A DNA stretch of 64,000 nucleotides from Candidatus Latescibacterota bacterium (GTDB lineage Bacteria > Latescibacterota > UBA2968), in assembly GCA_965204375.1 (NCBI GenBank), contig OZ241986.1:3328001-3392000 (forward strand), read 5' to 3'. A model generated the notes under the pieces. It was not told the origin of the DNA, did not search any database, and worked only from the letters and a program-made list of their open reading frames with translations. The stretch's first letter is position 1. Each line of letters starts with the position of its first letter. A program made the position numbers and the translations under genes. Below are positions 39,118-49,600 of this stretch, piece by piece.

Positions 39118-39591
39118 TTATAACTTCAGTATATACGTCATAACCGCCAACATAATTGTCAAGAAAGCAACACCACCTGTAACACTCCAAAAAATCAGTT
39201 GGCGCATACCATCAAATTTCTCATCAATCTTATCAAACCGATCATCCACCTTACCAAATTTCTCATCAATCTTATCAAACCGATCATCCACATAGATTTT
39301 CAATGCTTTTTGTTCCACTTCAATACGATCAACTGTAGCTTCCACTTTGACAAGACGCTTATCAATATTAGCAATGGCTTTTTCATTCTCGCGGATATGC
39401 CTTTCATTTTGTTCAATTCGCTTATCCTGGCGTTCCAACAGATCGTTCTGAACGGTACGGCTGGCCATCAATTCCTTCAATATCTCAACCTGGGTCTCCT
39501 GAATCCCCATCTGGTTCTCCTGGAAAGACTCCAAATTTTTGAGATACGTTTCAAGGCCCACTAATGCAGACCCTTCCTCTGTGCCAGCCAT
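39118..39591 (-). CDS. Coiled-coil protein with C-terminal TM helix
   Basis: Heptad pattern, VDDRFDKIDEKF twice, hydrophobic C-terminus. Confidence 0.7.
   Translation of the reverse strand: MAGTEEGSALVGLETYLKNLESFQENQMGIQETQVEILKELMASRTVQNDLLERQDKRIEQNERHIRENEKAIANIDKRLVKVEATVDRIEVEQKALKIYVDDRFDKIDEKFGKVDDRFDKIDEKFDGMRQLIFWSVTGGVAFLTIMLAVMTYILKL
39213..39291. repeat. 37-bp perfect direct repeat (42-bp period) inside the coiled-coil gene
   Basis: caaatttctcatcaatcttatcaaaccgatcatccac at 39213 and 39255. Confidence 0.9.
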
Positions 39592-39720
39592 TTGGGGAAC
39601 TCCTCAGCGAATACGAACAATCAACAATAGAGAACGCATATTTCAAAAAAAAGATATGCAATACACTCACAAAAGCAAGCATTTTGACATCAATAGCCTC
39701 TAAATTGGGCAGTTGCGCCA

Positions 39721-40035
39721 TCAAGTGATTTCCCGAACAGTGGGCAAAGCTCGCACAACCGCCCCCACTTGTTGATCGGTGACAACGAGATCAAACTGCA
39801 TCTGGAGATTCAGCCAGAATAAAGGATCAACACCGAACCAGTGCCCGAATCGCAAAGCAATATCGCTATCTACAGAACACTTGCCAGCGATAATCTGACC
39901 AATGCGATCTGGCGGTACGTCAATCTGGCGTGCAAGCGTCGCTGGGGATACCCCAAATTCCGCCAATTCGTCTCGCAGAATCTCTCCGGGATGAACAACG
40001 CGCTTCAACATAGCGTAATACTCTATTGTTTTCAT
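39721..40035 (-). CDS. higA: HigA family HTH antitoxin/regulator (no toxin adjacent)
   Basis: HPGEILRDEL....S...LARQIDV...RI..II.GK......ALRF..WFG....FWLNLQ. Confidence 0.85.
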   Translation of the reverse strand: MKTIEYYAMLKRVVHPGEILRDELAEFGVSPATLARQIDVPPDRIGQIIAGKCSVDSDIALRFGHWFGVDPLFWLNLQMQFDLVVTDQQVGAVVRALPTVREIT

Positions 40036-41024
40036 TTGCTGCGATAGAAAGGCTTTAGTTCGCTGAATTTGGGAATAATTTTTACTTCAACTCGTCGGTT
40101 TACTTTCTCTATAGATTTTCTCAAACTACTGTCAATAGCAGCCGTCCTGAAATTTTCAATCTCTAAATCTTTCGAAGGTGCCATAGAAATCAGTTCATAA
40201 TATTCAGGCTTTAGGCCCATATTTTGCCAGAGCAGCGCAAGCGATTGGGTGCGTTCTTCAGAAAAATCGGAAACTGTTTGAGTATCTGTTTGTGTCTCTA
40301 TCGAAATTGCGAATTTTCCATTCTGTTGACGCACTTCTAAAGAACTTTTCAGTATCTGCCCAATACTTTCCAAACCCTCTTTTGCCGAGGGAAGTATAGT
40401 ATTGGCCTCCCACATACCCAAAGGCGAAAATACATCGCTGTAGATGGTGATCACGCCATCTCTTTTCACTTCAATTTTAGGTCTGGACTCCCCCAAACCT
40501 GCCGGAATAAGTTCATAATATTCTGACGTAAAGCCGATATTTCGCCAGAGCAGTACAAGCGATTGAGCGCGTTGATATGAAAGACGGTCGTTATTTTCGG
40601 AAGGTCCTATTGTATCTGTATGCCCCTCGACAACAATCCTGAATTTTTGACTTCGACCACGCCTCTCCAGATAGCTCTTCAACTTTTCTCCAATACGCTC
40701 CAAATCTTCCAGTGCCTGAGGAGGTATATCTTCTATTTTCCATTTGTTAAAGGGAAAGATGATATCGCTTTTGATAACAATCGTCCCCTTATTCACTTCG
40801 ACTTCTTCATCTGCCATAACCTGTTTTAACTCATCCAGGTCTCTAAAAATACTGCCAACGATTTCGTGCAGGCGGCTCAACTGAATCAGGCTAATATGAT
40901 TTTGCACAACCATCAATATGAGAAGAAACATTGCAAAAATAAAGATAGATGTGATAAGATCCGTAAAAGACGGCCATACATTTAGCGATGTATCCCTGCG
41001 AGTTCGTTTTTTATTCATCGCCAC
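40032..41024 (-). CDS. ZorB/MotB-like membrane protein with OmpA-type peptidoglycan-binding domain (internally duplicated)
   Basis: TM VWPSFTDL with conserved Asp; VEGHTD, N..LS..RA, GLGESRP, NRRVEV. Confidence 0.85.
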   Translation of the reverse strand: MAMNKKRTRRDTSLNVWPSFTDLITSIFIFAMFLLILMVVQNHISLIQLSRLHEIVGSIFRDLDELKQVMADEEVEVNKGTIVIKSDIIFPFNKWKIEDIPPQALEDLERIGEKLKSYLERRGRSQKFRIVVEGHTDTIGPSENNDRLSYQRAQSLVLLWRNIGFTSEYYELIPAGLGESRPKIEVKRDGVITIYSDVFSPLGMWEANTILPSAKEGLESIGQILKSSLEVRQQNGKFAISIETQTDTQTVSDFSEERTQSLALLWQNMGLKPEYYELISMAPSKDLEIENFRTAAIDSSLRKSIEKVNRRVEVKIIPKFSELKPFYRSK

Positions 41025-42725
41025 TTACTTACGATCCCATTGGCTGAAAAAACGCTTCAGTTTATTCATAAAACGTTTAAACCATATTGGTGGACGGCCA
41101 TATCCGCTTCTGAGTCTATCGCCTATATTCTGGACAGACCTGATAATCTGCTTTTGCTGGCTAACAACTTCGGGAAGATCATTCAGCGTTTGATTGACAC
41201 CAGCCAAATTCTCCACAAGCGTCTTATCCAGACGCTCTATGGCACTTTCAACGCCTGAAAGACCCTCGAGTAGAGAACCTACCTTTTCATCCAAGCCTGT
41301 GTTGTCTTTATCACTCAATTCCTGATGAAACTTCAGCAGATCTTGTTCAGTTGCATGAATTGCCCCCAGTTGCGCCTTTATGTTATCAAAAACAGGTGTA
41401 TAAGTTGGTTCATCGGGGTTGAGTTTTTGAAGTACCTGATATGTTTCTCCCATTGTCAATGCCAGGGTATCAATCCTCTTATCAAAGTCTTCGACCATTT
41501 GTTCTACTGCGGCTTTTAAGTTTTCCAACGGGTCACTGAGCCTGGTAAAATTAGATATATGTTCCACAAAATTCTCACCGGACTCGCGAATATCTTCGGC
41601 CCCACTGTTGAGTGCGTCGCAGGCGTTGTTGAGAGTCTCTAAAAGTGGTCCAAGCGTGGCTGATAATTTTCCAAAATGCGTTTCGAGCGCACGTTTGATA
41701 TGTTTCTCTTGATCCGCCACCAACTTTGAATGTCTCTGCGAGAAATCCTCAAGTGTGCGGCCCCATTTCTCGCTCACTTGCTTGTTAAAAGCACTCGCCT
41801 TGTTGAGCATGTCGCTGGTGTTGTTGAGAGTTTCCAAAAAAGGCTCAAATGATGCAGATACTTTCTCGAAATGTGCTTCGAGTGCGATTTTGAGATAGTC
41901 TGCCTGCCCCGACATAAATTCCGAATGTCTATCTGCAAGGACTTGAAAAGCCTCTTGAACTGCCTCTTTCAAGTCCACCTCAGGCAAAAACAACCTGAAT
42001 TTAGGAGCAATTTCTTCATTACAATAGGATTCTACCTCGTCAATCAGTTCAAATCTTTTCTTACTGAAACGCGAAAAACGGATATTCAGCACAATCATTC
42101 CCAATAACCCGGCGATACTGGTTACAAAGGCAAGCTCCATCCCCGAAAACGACTGGCCGATATTTTCCAGCATATCTGCCATGCTCTGTGTTGCTACCGC
42201 CGGGTCTGTTATCGTCGCGCTGTCTCTGGTATTTTGGATAATGCTTTCAATCGGCAAAATGACCTGGTAAAGGCCAACAAAAGTTCCGAGAAGCCCCAAT
42301 ACGATCAAACTGTTGCTTGCCGAGCGAATCCTTTCATCATCGCTACAAAGATATTCCTCTTCTCTTTGCACCACTTCATCGACGACTGGTGGTTTATTTT
42401 GGCGGTGCCCCGCCCAGAAAAGCTTCAGCCATTTCTGTGTCGTGGAATTTGAAATAGAATTGATCGCATCTACTTCTCGACGGCGATATCTTCCGGCACT
42501 AAACCTCGGATATTTTTTTCCCCAACTTTTCAAGTCGTCCAGTGCTTTTCTCGATTCGGTTATATCACGCTTCATTTTTGACAAAGGTCGCCAGCCTCGT
42601 ATATAAAAAAACAGGGCCATAAAGCACAAATAAGCCCAAAAAAAATAATACCAAATCCATGACCAGACTCCTGAAAAAATTTGGCCTCCTTGTGTTTCGG
42701 TCCATTGCAAAAATAAATCGGACAT
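41025..42725 (-). CDS. ZorA-like MotA/TolQ/ExbB channel protein with long helical tail
   Basis: Three TM segments including LGLLGTFVGL and GMELAFVTSIAG, then ~350 aa coiled-coil; directly abuts the ZorB-like gene. Confidence 0.8.
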   Translation of the reverse strand: MSDLFLQWTETQGGQIFSGVWSWIWYYFFWAYLCFMALFFYIRGWRPLSKMKRDITESRKALDDLKSWGKKYPRFSAGRYRRREVDAINSISNSTTQKWLKLFWAGHRQNKPPVVDEVVQREEEYLCSDDERIRSASNSLIVLGLLGTFVGLYQVILPIESIIQNTRDSATITDPAVATQSMADMLENIGQSFSGMELAFVTSIAGLLGMIVLNIRFSRFSKKRFELIDEVESYCNEEIAPKFRLFLPEVDLKEAVQEAFQVLADRHSEFMSGQADYLKIALEAHFEKVSASFEPFLETLNNTSDMLNKASAFNKQVSEKWGRTLEDFSQRHSKLVADQEKHIKRALETHFGKLSATLGPLLETLNNACDALNSGAEDIRESGENFVEHISNFTRLSDPLENLKAAVEQMVEDFDKRIDTLALTMGETYQVLQKLNPDEPTYTPVFDNIKAQLGAIHATEQDLLKFHQELSDKDNTGLDEKVGSLLEGLSGVESAIERLDKTLVENLAGVNQTLNDLPEVVSQQKQIIRSVQNIGDRLRSGYGRPPIWFKRFMNKLKRFFSQWDRK

Positions 42726-42744
42726 ATTGATAAATTTTCTTTTT

Positions 42745-43653
42745 TTATACAGCAATGACTACTTTTGCTTTCAGTTCTATCTCATCGGTTTGAGAATTTT
42801 TAAGCCCGTGAGCCAAACACTTTACAATTCGGTCCCGGGGTTGTGCCCCACTTGTGTCCTGGCTGACAATTTGGTATCGGCGCGTATCAAACGTGTCCCC
42901 TGAACGCGCTCCAATTATCTCTACTTCATCCCCGCCTAAATCTATCATCATTTCAAAAACTCGTTGCGCGTCCATTCGTCCATTCTCTGTTACGCGACTG
43001 TCGATTTCAGGCAAGAAGTATCGAATCATCTGTGCGGGACGGGTACGGCGTAGCAGGCTTGCTATTGAAGACGCATCGAAAATCTCTTCACCTGTAAGCG
43101 CACCTTTGAGCAACAGAACAGGATCATCTGAGGCATTTTGCATTTCGCGCAACGTCAATAAGTCCCGGATTTGTTTTAACGGCCTCTCAACCTCCCGATC
43201 AACATATACAGCAAAAGAATCCCGGTCCTCTGACGACATCGCGCTCGTAACTTCCTCTAAAGCCGACCGAAACCGTCCCAAATACGCGACACGCTCTTTC
43301 AATTCGCGCCAGTTTCCTTCATCTACTAAGTCTTCTGAAAATCTCCTCACGCTTTCTTTTAATTGTTCCTTCAACAATTTTATCCATTCGATCTCTTGTC
43401 CTCCATCCCCCCTGCTTTCTTCTATGCTACTCATTTGTCCTTCCAAGCTTTCTATTTTTATCCGAAGTTTGGAAATCTCTTCGTTGTCTGGTGTCACCCA
43501 GGTCCCCTTCGGCCGTACAGGTGGATCATTGCTCTCTTCTTTTTCTTGAAACTCTGAAATCTCTTTGTTTTTTATTCGAAAAAAAACCAAGTAAATTCCT
43601 ATCATGAGAGAAATGCAAAATGAAATGATACTCAATAATGGATACAGTTCCAT
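42745..43653 (-). CDS. Membrane-anchored GrpE-like protein
   Basis: N-terminal TM, coiled coil, C-terminus GDTFDTRRYQIV...RIVKCLAHGL...ELKAKVVI resembles the GrpE head (G..FDP..H......I......GY......RPA.V.V). Confidence 0.6.
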   Translation of the reverse strand: MELYPLLSIISFCISLMIGIYLVFFRIKNKEISEFQEKEESNDPPVRPKGTWVTPDNEEISKLRIKIESLEGQMSSIEESRGDGGQEIEWIKLLKEQLKESVRRFSEDLVDEGNWRELKERVAYLGRFRSALEEVTSAMSSEDRDSFAVYVDREVERPLKQIRDLLTLREMQNASDDPVLLLKGALTGEEIFDASSIASLLRRTRPAQMIRYFLPEIDSRVTENGRMDAQRVFEMMIDLGGDEVEIIGARSGDTFDTRRYQIVSQDTSGAQPRDRIVKCLAHGLKNSQTDEIELKAKVVIAV

Positions 43654-43674
43654 CGCGCTATCTCCAGGACCGTA

Positions 43675-46600
43675 TTATGTATAAGAAAAGCCCTCGCACT
43701 GTCGATGTGTTTCCCACACATATTCAAAATCGCTGCCATCCTTTTCATTGCCAACGCGGTAGTTATACCAAAGGCTCGCTTTCCCCTCCGCATCGCACCT
43801 CAGTTCCAGGCAGTAAGTCCAGAATTGCGCATTTTGAAATGTGTCCTCTTCGTTTGGCACAGGTAGATTGGCAACGCTACTATATTCAGCCTGGGTTACT
43901 ATCGTGTTTAAGTCCCACCCAAAAAACTCAAGAAGCTCGATTTTCTCCGGTCTTTCAGTTTCTAATATGAGAGGATTTTTCGAAATGATGGTCGTATTTG
44001 GCGTCAACGGTGTCCAGCGATCAAAAATGGACACAAAATGAGTAAAAGCACTCAGGCAGATGGGATAATTTAATTTGTGTATCCCTTTTATCCGAAGGGG
44101 AGAGATGAGTGCTCGCAAACTCTCACCATACGCAATAGCCCCCAAAACTACACTTTTTTTTAGTTTTTCTGGTTTAAAAATAATCTCTTTAGCCTGTGCT
44201 CTTTCTTCGGCGACCCTTTTTATAAGCGGAAATCGAGAGGCGTTTCCTTCCAAGATCAGATAATCCAACTCAACATTGTCAATCTGTTCTTTCATCTGAT
44301 TGAGCTTATCAAAGCCTTTTTCTAATTCCTTGCGGACAGCATTATAGATGGCGTCAATAGCTAACGGTTTCATATCTGGAAGCAGGGTGTCATCCAAATC
44401 CAAAGTACGTAAAGTACGTTTCGTACCTTGGATATGCAGGGTGTCATTTTCAGAACTTGTAAGAGAAATGTCTGGCCAATCATTGGGAATATTGGAGGAT
44501 TCGATCAGATCTAAAATGCCTTTCTCTCCACTTGGTATCTTTATTCTACTATTTTCTTTTATTTTTTCTGCCAATTCATAGAGGCGGGAGAAATTAGTCT
44601 CTTCGATTTTTCCTTGCAATCTTAGTGCCTTGTCCAATGTATCGGGAAACGGAAATTGTGTTCTATAAACTTCAGGGACCATTTGGAGATACAGATATTG
44701 TGCAATTTTGAAAGCCAGCAAGTCGCCACCCAGCAAGCCGTCTCCGTCAGAAGCGAGAAACTCAATATCGAGTCGTCCGTCGGAACGCACAATGGAGATA
44801 TCCGTCGTTCCTCCCCCACAATCGAAGACACCATAAACAATATTTTGACCAGGGTTCCGTTCTTTAATATCCATAGCATAATTAAGGGCAATGGCTTCCG
44901 GTTCACTAATTTCAAGAATAGGTTTAAAATCCATCCCCTGTGTCGCCCATGCAATGGCTTTTCTTAATGCCTCCTTTTGGCGGTTAAAAACTGCGGGATA
45001 GGTAAAAACGGCTTCTAAGGGGACATAACCCGTATTTTCCTGGAAACTCTCCAATAGGAAACGGATGTAAAGCCCTATCTTTTCAATCGCATCAACTTCA
45101 ATATATCTATTGCCCTGGGAATAAATTCTTCCGTTTAAGCTAATACTCCCTGTACCGCGGTCCCTATAAATAATCGGTTCATCGGGCATTTTCAAGGTGC
45201 GCTTAAAACCCCAAGAAATTGAGGAAATATCTTCAGACTCGAATCGCAGGTCTTTTAGTGTCTGACCAAATTTGACAAGGCTTTCGTTCTTCAATTCAGA
45301 TACCCATCTTTCATCAGTGCTCAACTCTTGTGAAGATTCTTTAGATTCTATAAGATCATCGGAGTTTTTAATCACTAAGAATTGCAATATTGTGGGTATT
45401 TCCGATGGCCTCATTTCTGAGACATCTGTATTAAGGTCTATTTCCAGCCGTTTCTTTCTGTTTTGGTCTTGGGGATCTATATATGCAATACACGAGTTTG
45501 TAGTTCCAAAATCCACCGCAATGGGAAAATTTAAGGGTTGAGGAGGTCGGATTTGAACGGGAAGAACGATAGGTTCATGAAACGGAAACGGTTCATTTTC
45601 GCCAATAGTAGTTCCATGAATGTTCAGAGTTGCCTCTTCAGTGGTGTTCTCTTCAACTGTCGGAAGGGTATCTTGATTGAGAACTAGGTCAATTTGAACA
45701 CTCGACTCATCTATAAATGAATCCTGCTCTGATATTTGATTTACACCAAGATAGTCCTGATTTGATTCAACCCGAGTGATTCGAAGAGGTAGCCCACCCG
45801 AATGAGTTATCGTTGTGGTAAAATTTATCTTTTTTTTCCCACCAGATATAAGTGCTTGCTCGTTGGTAAATTCGCGGCTGAACTCCCACTCAATCTTTGG
45901 CTTATTAACATCGCGCAACAACAACCTAAATATTATCTCGCCCAAACTATCAAAAGAAAAATTGAGCACAGCACGACAAGTCTCGTCAAAGTCCTGTCGC
46001 CGAGTGAGGCTAAATTTCAATGGACGTTTTGGCGAGAGTTTATCGGGAAATTTCTGGTCATGTGGTAAGCCAGTTATATCAAAATAATCTTTGCCTTCAG
46101 ACAGGAAAGGAGTGGTCTGAAGCACCAATGGCGAATCGGAATCGTGACGAAGCGTAAGGCTGACCCGTTCTTCGTCGGAGTCTATTGCACAGGGCTGATA
46201 TTCGTCTGTGACGTGCTCAAACTCATGCCCACCTGCTGAGACAAGCAAAATTTCCGGTGCTTTCTCACATCGAACAAAAAAATCAACAGGTTTAATTGAC
46301 GACAGTGACGAAAGCAATTCTAACCGTCTGGTACTGCCCTCAGGCGCATTATGCGAACAGCGAAGTTCTAAAGTTTCATCCGCATCAAGACTATAGGGCA
46401 GTTCGATATCTCCATGCCATTGGGTGATCTCGAAACCCTGAGCCTTTAATTCCCGAATTTCTATGGGATTGACGCCTTCGTTTTTAACTTTTAGTGTGAT
46501 GTGTATTCCTGAAAAAATTGTCCAGGGGGCACCTCCCAGATCCTCATCCGGATCGGGAGTGACTGTTATTTTTGCTAACTGATACGCACACCCCCCGCAG

Positions 46601-46686
46601 AAAATATCTTTGGGAGAAATATGCCAGTAACATCTGGGACATACCTGTGTATTGCCTGTTGAGTTCATTTTGTAACGCATCTCCAC
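43675..46686 (-). CDS. Atypical Hsp70-family ATPase with N-terminal Zn ribbon and beta-sandwich domains
   Basis: CPRC..CGGC; AVDFGTTNS, FTYPAVF, ISEPEAIAL.Y, VFDCGGGTTDIS, LGGD, EGNASRFP, SVVLGA. Confidence 0.85.
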   Translation of the reverse strand: MEMRYKMNSTGNTQVCPRCYWHISPKDIFCGGCAYQLAKITVTPDPDEDLGGAPWTIFSGIHITLKVKNEGVNPIEIRELKAQGFEITQWHGDIELPYSLDADETLELRCSHNAPEGSTRRLELLSSLSSIKPVDFFVRCEKAPEILLVSAGGHEFEHVTDEYQPCAIDSDEERVSLTLRHDSDSPLVLQTTPFLSEGKDYFDITGLPHDQKFPDKLSPKRPLKFSLTRRQDFDETCRAVLNFSFDSLGEIIFRLLLRDVNKPKIEWEFSREFTNEQALISGGKKKINFTTTITHSGGLPLRITRVESNQDYLGVNQISEQDSFIDESSVQIDLVLNQDTLPTVEENTTEEATLNIHGTTIGENEPFPFHEPIVLPVQIRPPQPLNFPIAVDFGTTNSCIAYIDPQDQNRKKRLEIDLNTDVSEMRPSEIPTILQFLVIKNSDDLIESKESSQELSTDERWVSELKNESLVKFGQTLKDLRFESEDISSISWGFKRTLKMPDEPIIYRDRGTGSISLNGRIYSQGNRYIEVDAIEKIGLYIRFLLESFQENTGYVPLEAVFTYPAVFNRQKEALRKAIAWATQGMDFKPILEISEPEAIALNYAMDIKERNPGQNIVYGVFDCGGGTTDISIVRSDGRLDIEFLASDGDGLLGGDLLAFKIAQYLYLQMVPEVYRTQFPFPDTLDKALRLQGKIEETNFSRLYELAEKIKENSRIKIPSGEKGILDLIESSNIPNDWPDISLTSSENDTLHIQGTKRTLRTLDLDDTLLPDMKPLAIDAIYNAVRKELEKGFDKLNQMKEQIDNVELDYLILEGNASRFPLIKRVAEERAQAKEIIFKPEKLKKSVVLGAIAYGESLRALISPLRIKGIHKLNYPICLSAFTHFVSIFDRWTPLTPNTTIISKNPLILETERPEKIELLEFFGWDLNTIVTQAEYSSVANLPVPNEEDTFQNAQFWTYCLELRCDAEGKASLWYNYRVGNEKDGSDFEYVWETHRQCEGFSYT

Positions 46687-46690
46687 AAAA

Positions 46691-49600
46691 TTACTTCATC
46701 ACATAGATATCATCGTTACAGAACTTATCCCGATACGCCAAAGGAGAAGCAAATGTATCAATTTCAACCATCAGTGTTTTCAATTTCTCTTCTAACCTGT
46801 CCTTGTCAAGGCTCTTATTGGATTGTCTCAGAGTCTGGTCTTGATCGTTGTCGTAGGAAATTTGTAGCAAACTGTATAAGGGGTGCTTTTCTTGGAACGC
46901 CCTGCTGAACAGCCAACTTTTTAGCACGAGCCGCTGAATAAAACACTCGTCTCGATTTTCTCTACGCCACTGATCTTCCATCTTGCGGATCTCAATATCC
47001 AGGCGGTCTTTTATATCTAGTCTATTTCCTATCCTTGAACGCGCACGCTCGAGATTGTGACCGTATCTGTCTAAATCCTCAAGTCCTCCCCGCGTAAACG
47101 AATGGTAGAACCCTTTCTGGATATCATCATATTTGATAATGCCCATAACTATCCCATTGATCAAAGAATTCTGTGCATTGATGAGTGCGCGAACTTCCCC
47201 ATCGTTTTTAGGAGGTAAGATGTCGGCAAACTCAAAATAATTTTTGATCATGTGGCGACGGTACACGTTGATAGGATTTTGTGTATTTGCCGTGTAATCG
47301 CGTTCCAAATCGAGTATATTTCCGATAGATAAAATGGGAAATGCCATCCATTGGTTCACAAAAATAATGGCGTCATTTCTGTGTACTGTCGCCTGATATG
47401 GAGCCCCCCGCTTCGGAGCAGCGATTTGGTTGACTCGATTGACCCAGGCATCATCCATAACGCCAATGCGGTTATGAGAAAAAAAATTCAGCTCATGCAA
47501 GTCGAAACGTGTCTCAGAAACACGAGGCGCAGCTATCAGGCTTCGCTTAACAATTTCATCCCGACCTTGATCGGGGAAATGACGGCGTAATTCCCCAATA
47601 GCGTGAATATCTGTTTTGAAATCCTTAAAAAGCTGAAACGTGTATTCATCAATAGTCCTGCGGACATCATCCCAATCGCGAAAGGAACGATCCCGACTGG
47701 CAGATCGCTTGAATATCTCTCGGGTACCTTCCTTTATAGTGTCGATCTGTTCGCCCTGTGCAGTAGCGATATTGGCATATAGGGATTCGGCCTCTTTAGA
47801 TTGGAAATATCTTTCCAGCCCTCTTTGGCAAAGACGGTCCAAATCGGTTTCCTGCCATTCTTCAACCTGTTGGAGATGGTCTTGAATTGCTTCGGCATAG
47901 TTCGGATCAGGTGTAAGGTTCAGATTTCTTTCTCCCGTTTTGCGTTGAGTATATGCCAGATGAATCTCTGAAAAATCTCTGGACATTTCCTGGAGGTTCT
48001 CGCGGAAGATTTGAATTTGTTCTTGCAGGCCACTCACTTTTATACTGACCTTGCCATCATCTCCGGTAATCTCTGCACGACTTCCCAGCAGACTGATGAT
48101 TCCTTCCACCAAATTGACGAGCAATCCGGCAGCCTCCTTGCGAAAGCGTTTCTGTACCCAATCGGAGAGTTCCCGCTCAATCGTCTCGACCTGATTGCGA
48201 AGATTCTTGGTGATCTGTTGAGCATCCTCGCGAAAAGCCTTTGCTTTTTGGCCTTCGTAATGATGCATCGCTCTTTTTCGCCAAGGCGGAGGGAGATCTT
48301 CAGCTTCTTTCAACCGCTGTTCAAAATGATGAAAGTCTTCCGAAAACTCAACATCAATAGGAGTGATTGAGGGGGCTTCCATCGGCTCATTAGCCAGTTG
48401 GTTCAACTCTTGAAGTACAGATGCCAATGCCTCTTTGCCGTATTCTAAGTAGCTTTGGACATAGTTGGGACCGTACTCTAATGGGTTGCAGAGCATGCCG
48501 ATACAATAATCTTCTACTCTGTCTTCGAGTTTTGGAAGCAATCGATCTACATTGTCGAGGATTTGTTTAATATCGTCCCCTTTAACAGTACCTTCCTCTT
48601 TGAGTTTTTCAGCCACCTTCTGCCGTATTTCAAGTGTTATGCTGTCAATTTTTGACCTCGCTTCTCTCTCTTGTTTTTCAAGGACCTCAACTTCTCGCAC
48701 TTCGGGAGCTTTGTCGATGCTTTGTAGAAGTTTGAAGAAAACCGGTTTCAGAATCTCATTTATGGCATGATCGGCGAGCGTAAAGTCTGCACCGGGACGG
48801 TTTAAGGCACGGTTAATTAGCTGGTCTGTGGTGAGGTTGATCTGTTCCAAATGCGGGCGCACATCGGCTGTAGAGAACCCGGGGGGAACCTTATTTTTTG
48901 CTGCGATTATAAAATTCACCAGGTACTGTGCGAATTTATTCGAAGCTGCATTGGTAAGACGAGGCTGATTGATTTCCATTTGAGAGAGACCAAATGAGGC
49001 ATATCGACACGGTAAGTACTGAACATAATTGTCGTTTTTATACGGCACTTCTTCAGTCAAATGTTGCTCCATATTGGAACGATCACTGCGTTTATCCATC
49101 GCAAAACGGGTCTGTTCGAAATCGAGCAACAGAAATTCAGCGATCATCTGAAACACATCGGAAAAATCTGCAATGCGGACCCCGGCAAGATTGCTATCAT
49201 CAAGCAAATATACAGTTGAAAATGGGGGAGCCTCAACTTCGCGTTCCCGTTCCATCCCCTCCCAACTAAATTTGTGTTTAGAAGAATGTCCGTCCTCCGT
49301 GCCCTGTGCATCAAAGTGAGGCTGCATGTAATGTTCGAGTTCTTTAAGGGCGGCAAAACCATTGGCCCGTGTTGTTTGGCGTGCTCCCCCTACAACCTCA
49401 TCAAAGACAGAGGGCAGTACCAAATAGGCTGTGCAGACTGCGTTTGGAAAAAGGTCTCGGCACAAAAATCCCATGTCGATGAAAGAGCCTGAACCAGTTC
49501 CTCCTGCAATGGATGTGACGAGTACGATTTCCAGATCATTGCGGTCTACATCATAGTCGGGAAAGATTTCGTCCATCTCCTTTATGGACATTTCGTTTTG

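Noticed and set aside
40032-42725. Flagellar MotAB or ExbBD/TolQR
   Set aside because: No flagellar, tonB or tol genes nearby; three TMs plus a very long tail and an OmpA-domain partner fit ZorAB-like architecture better
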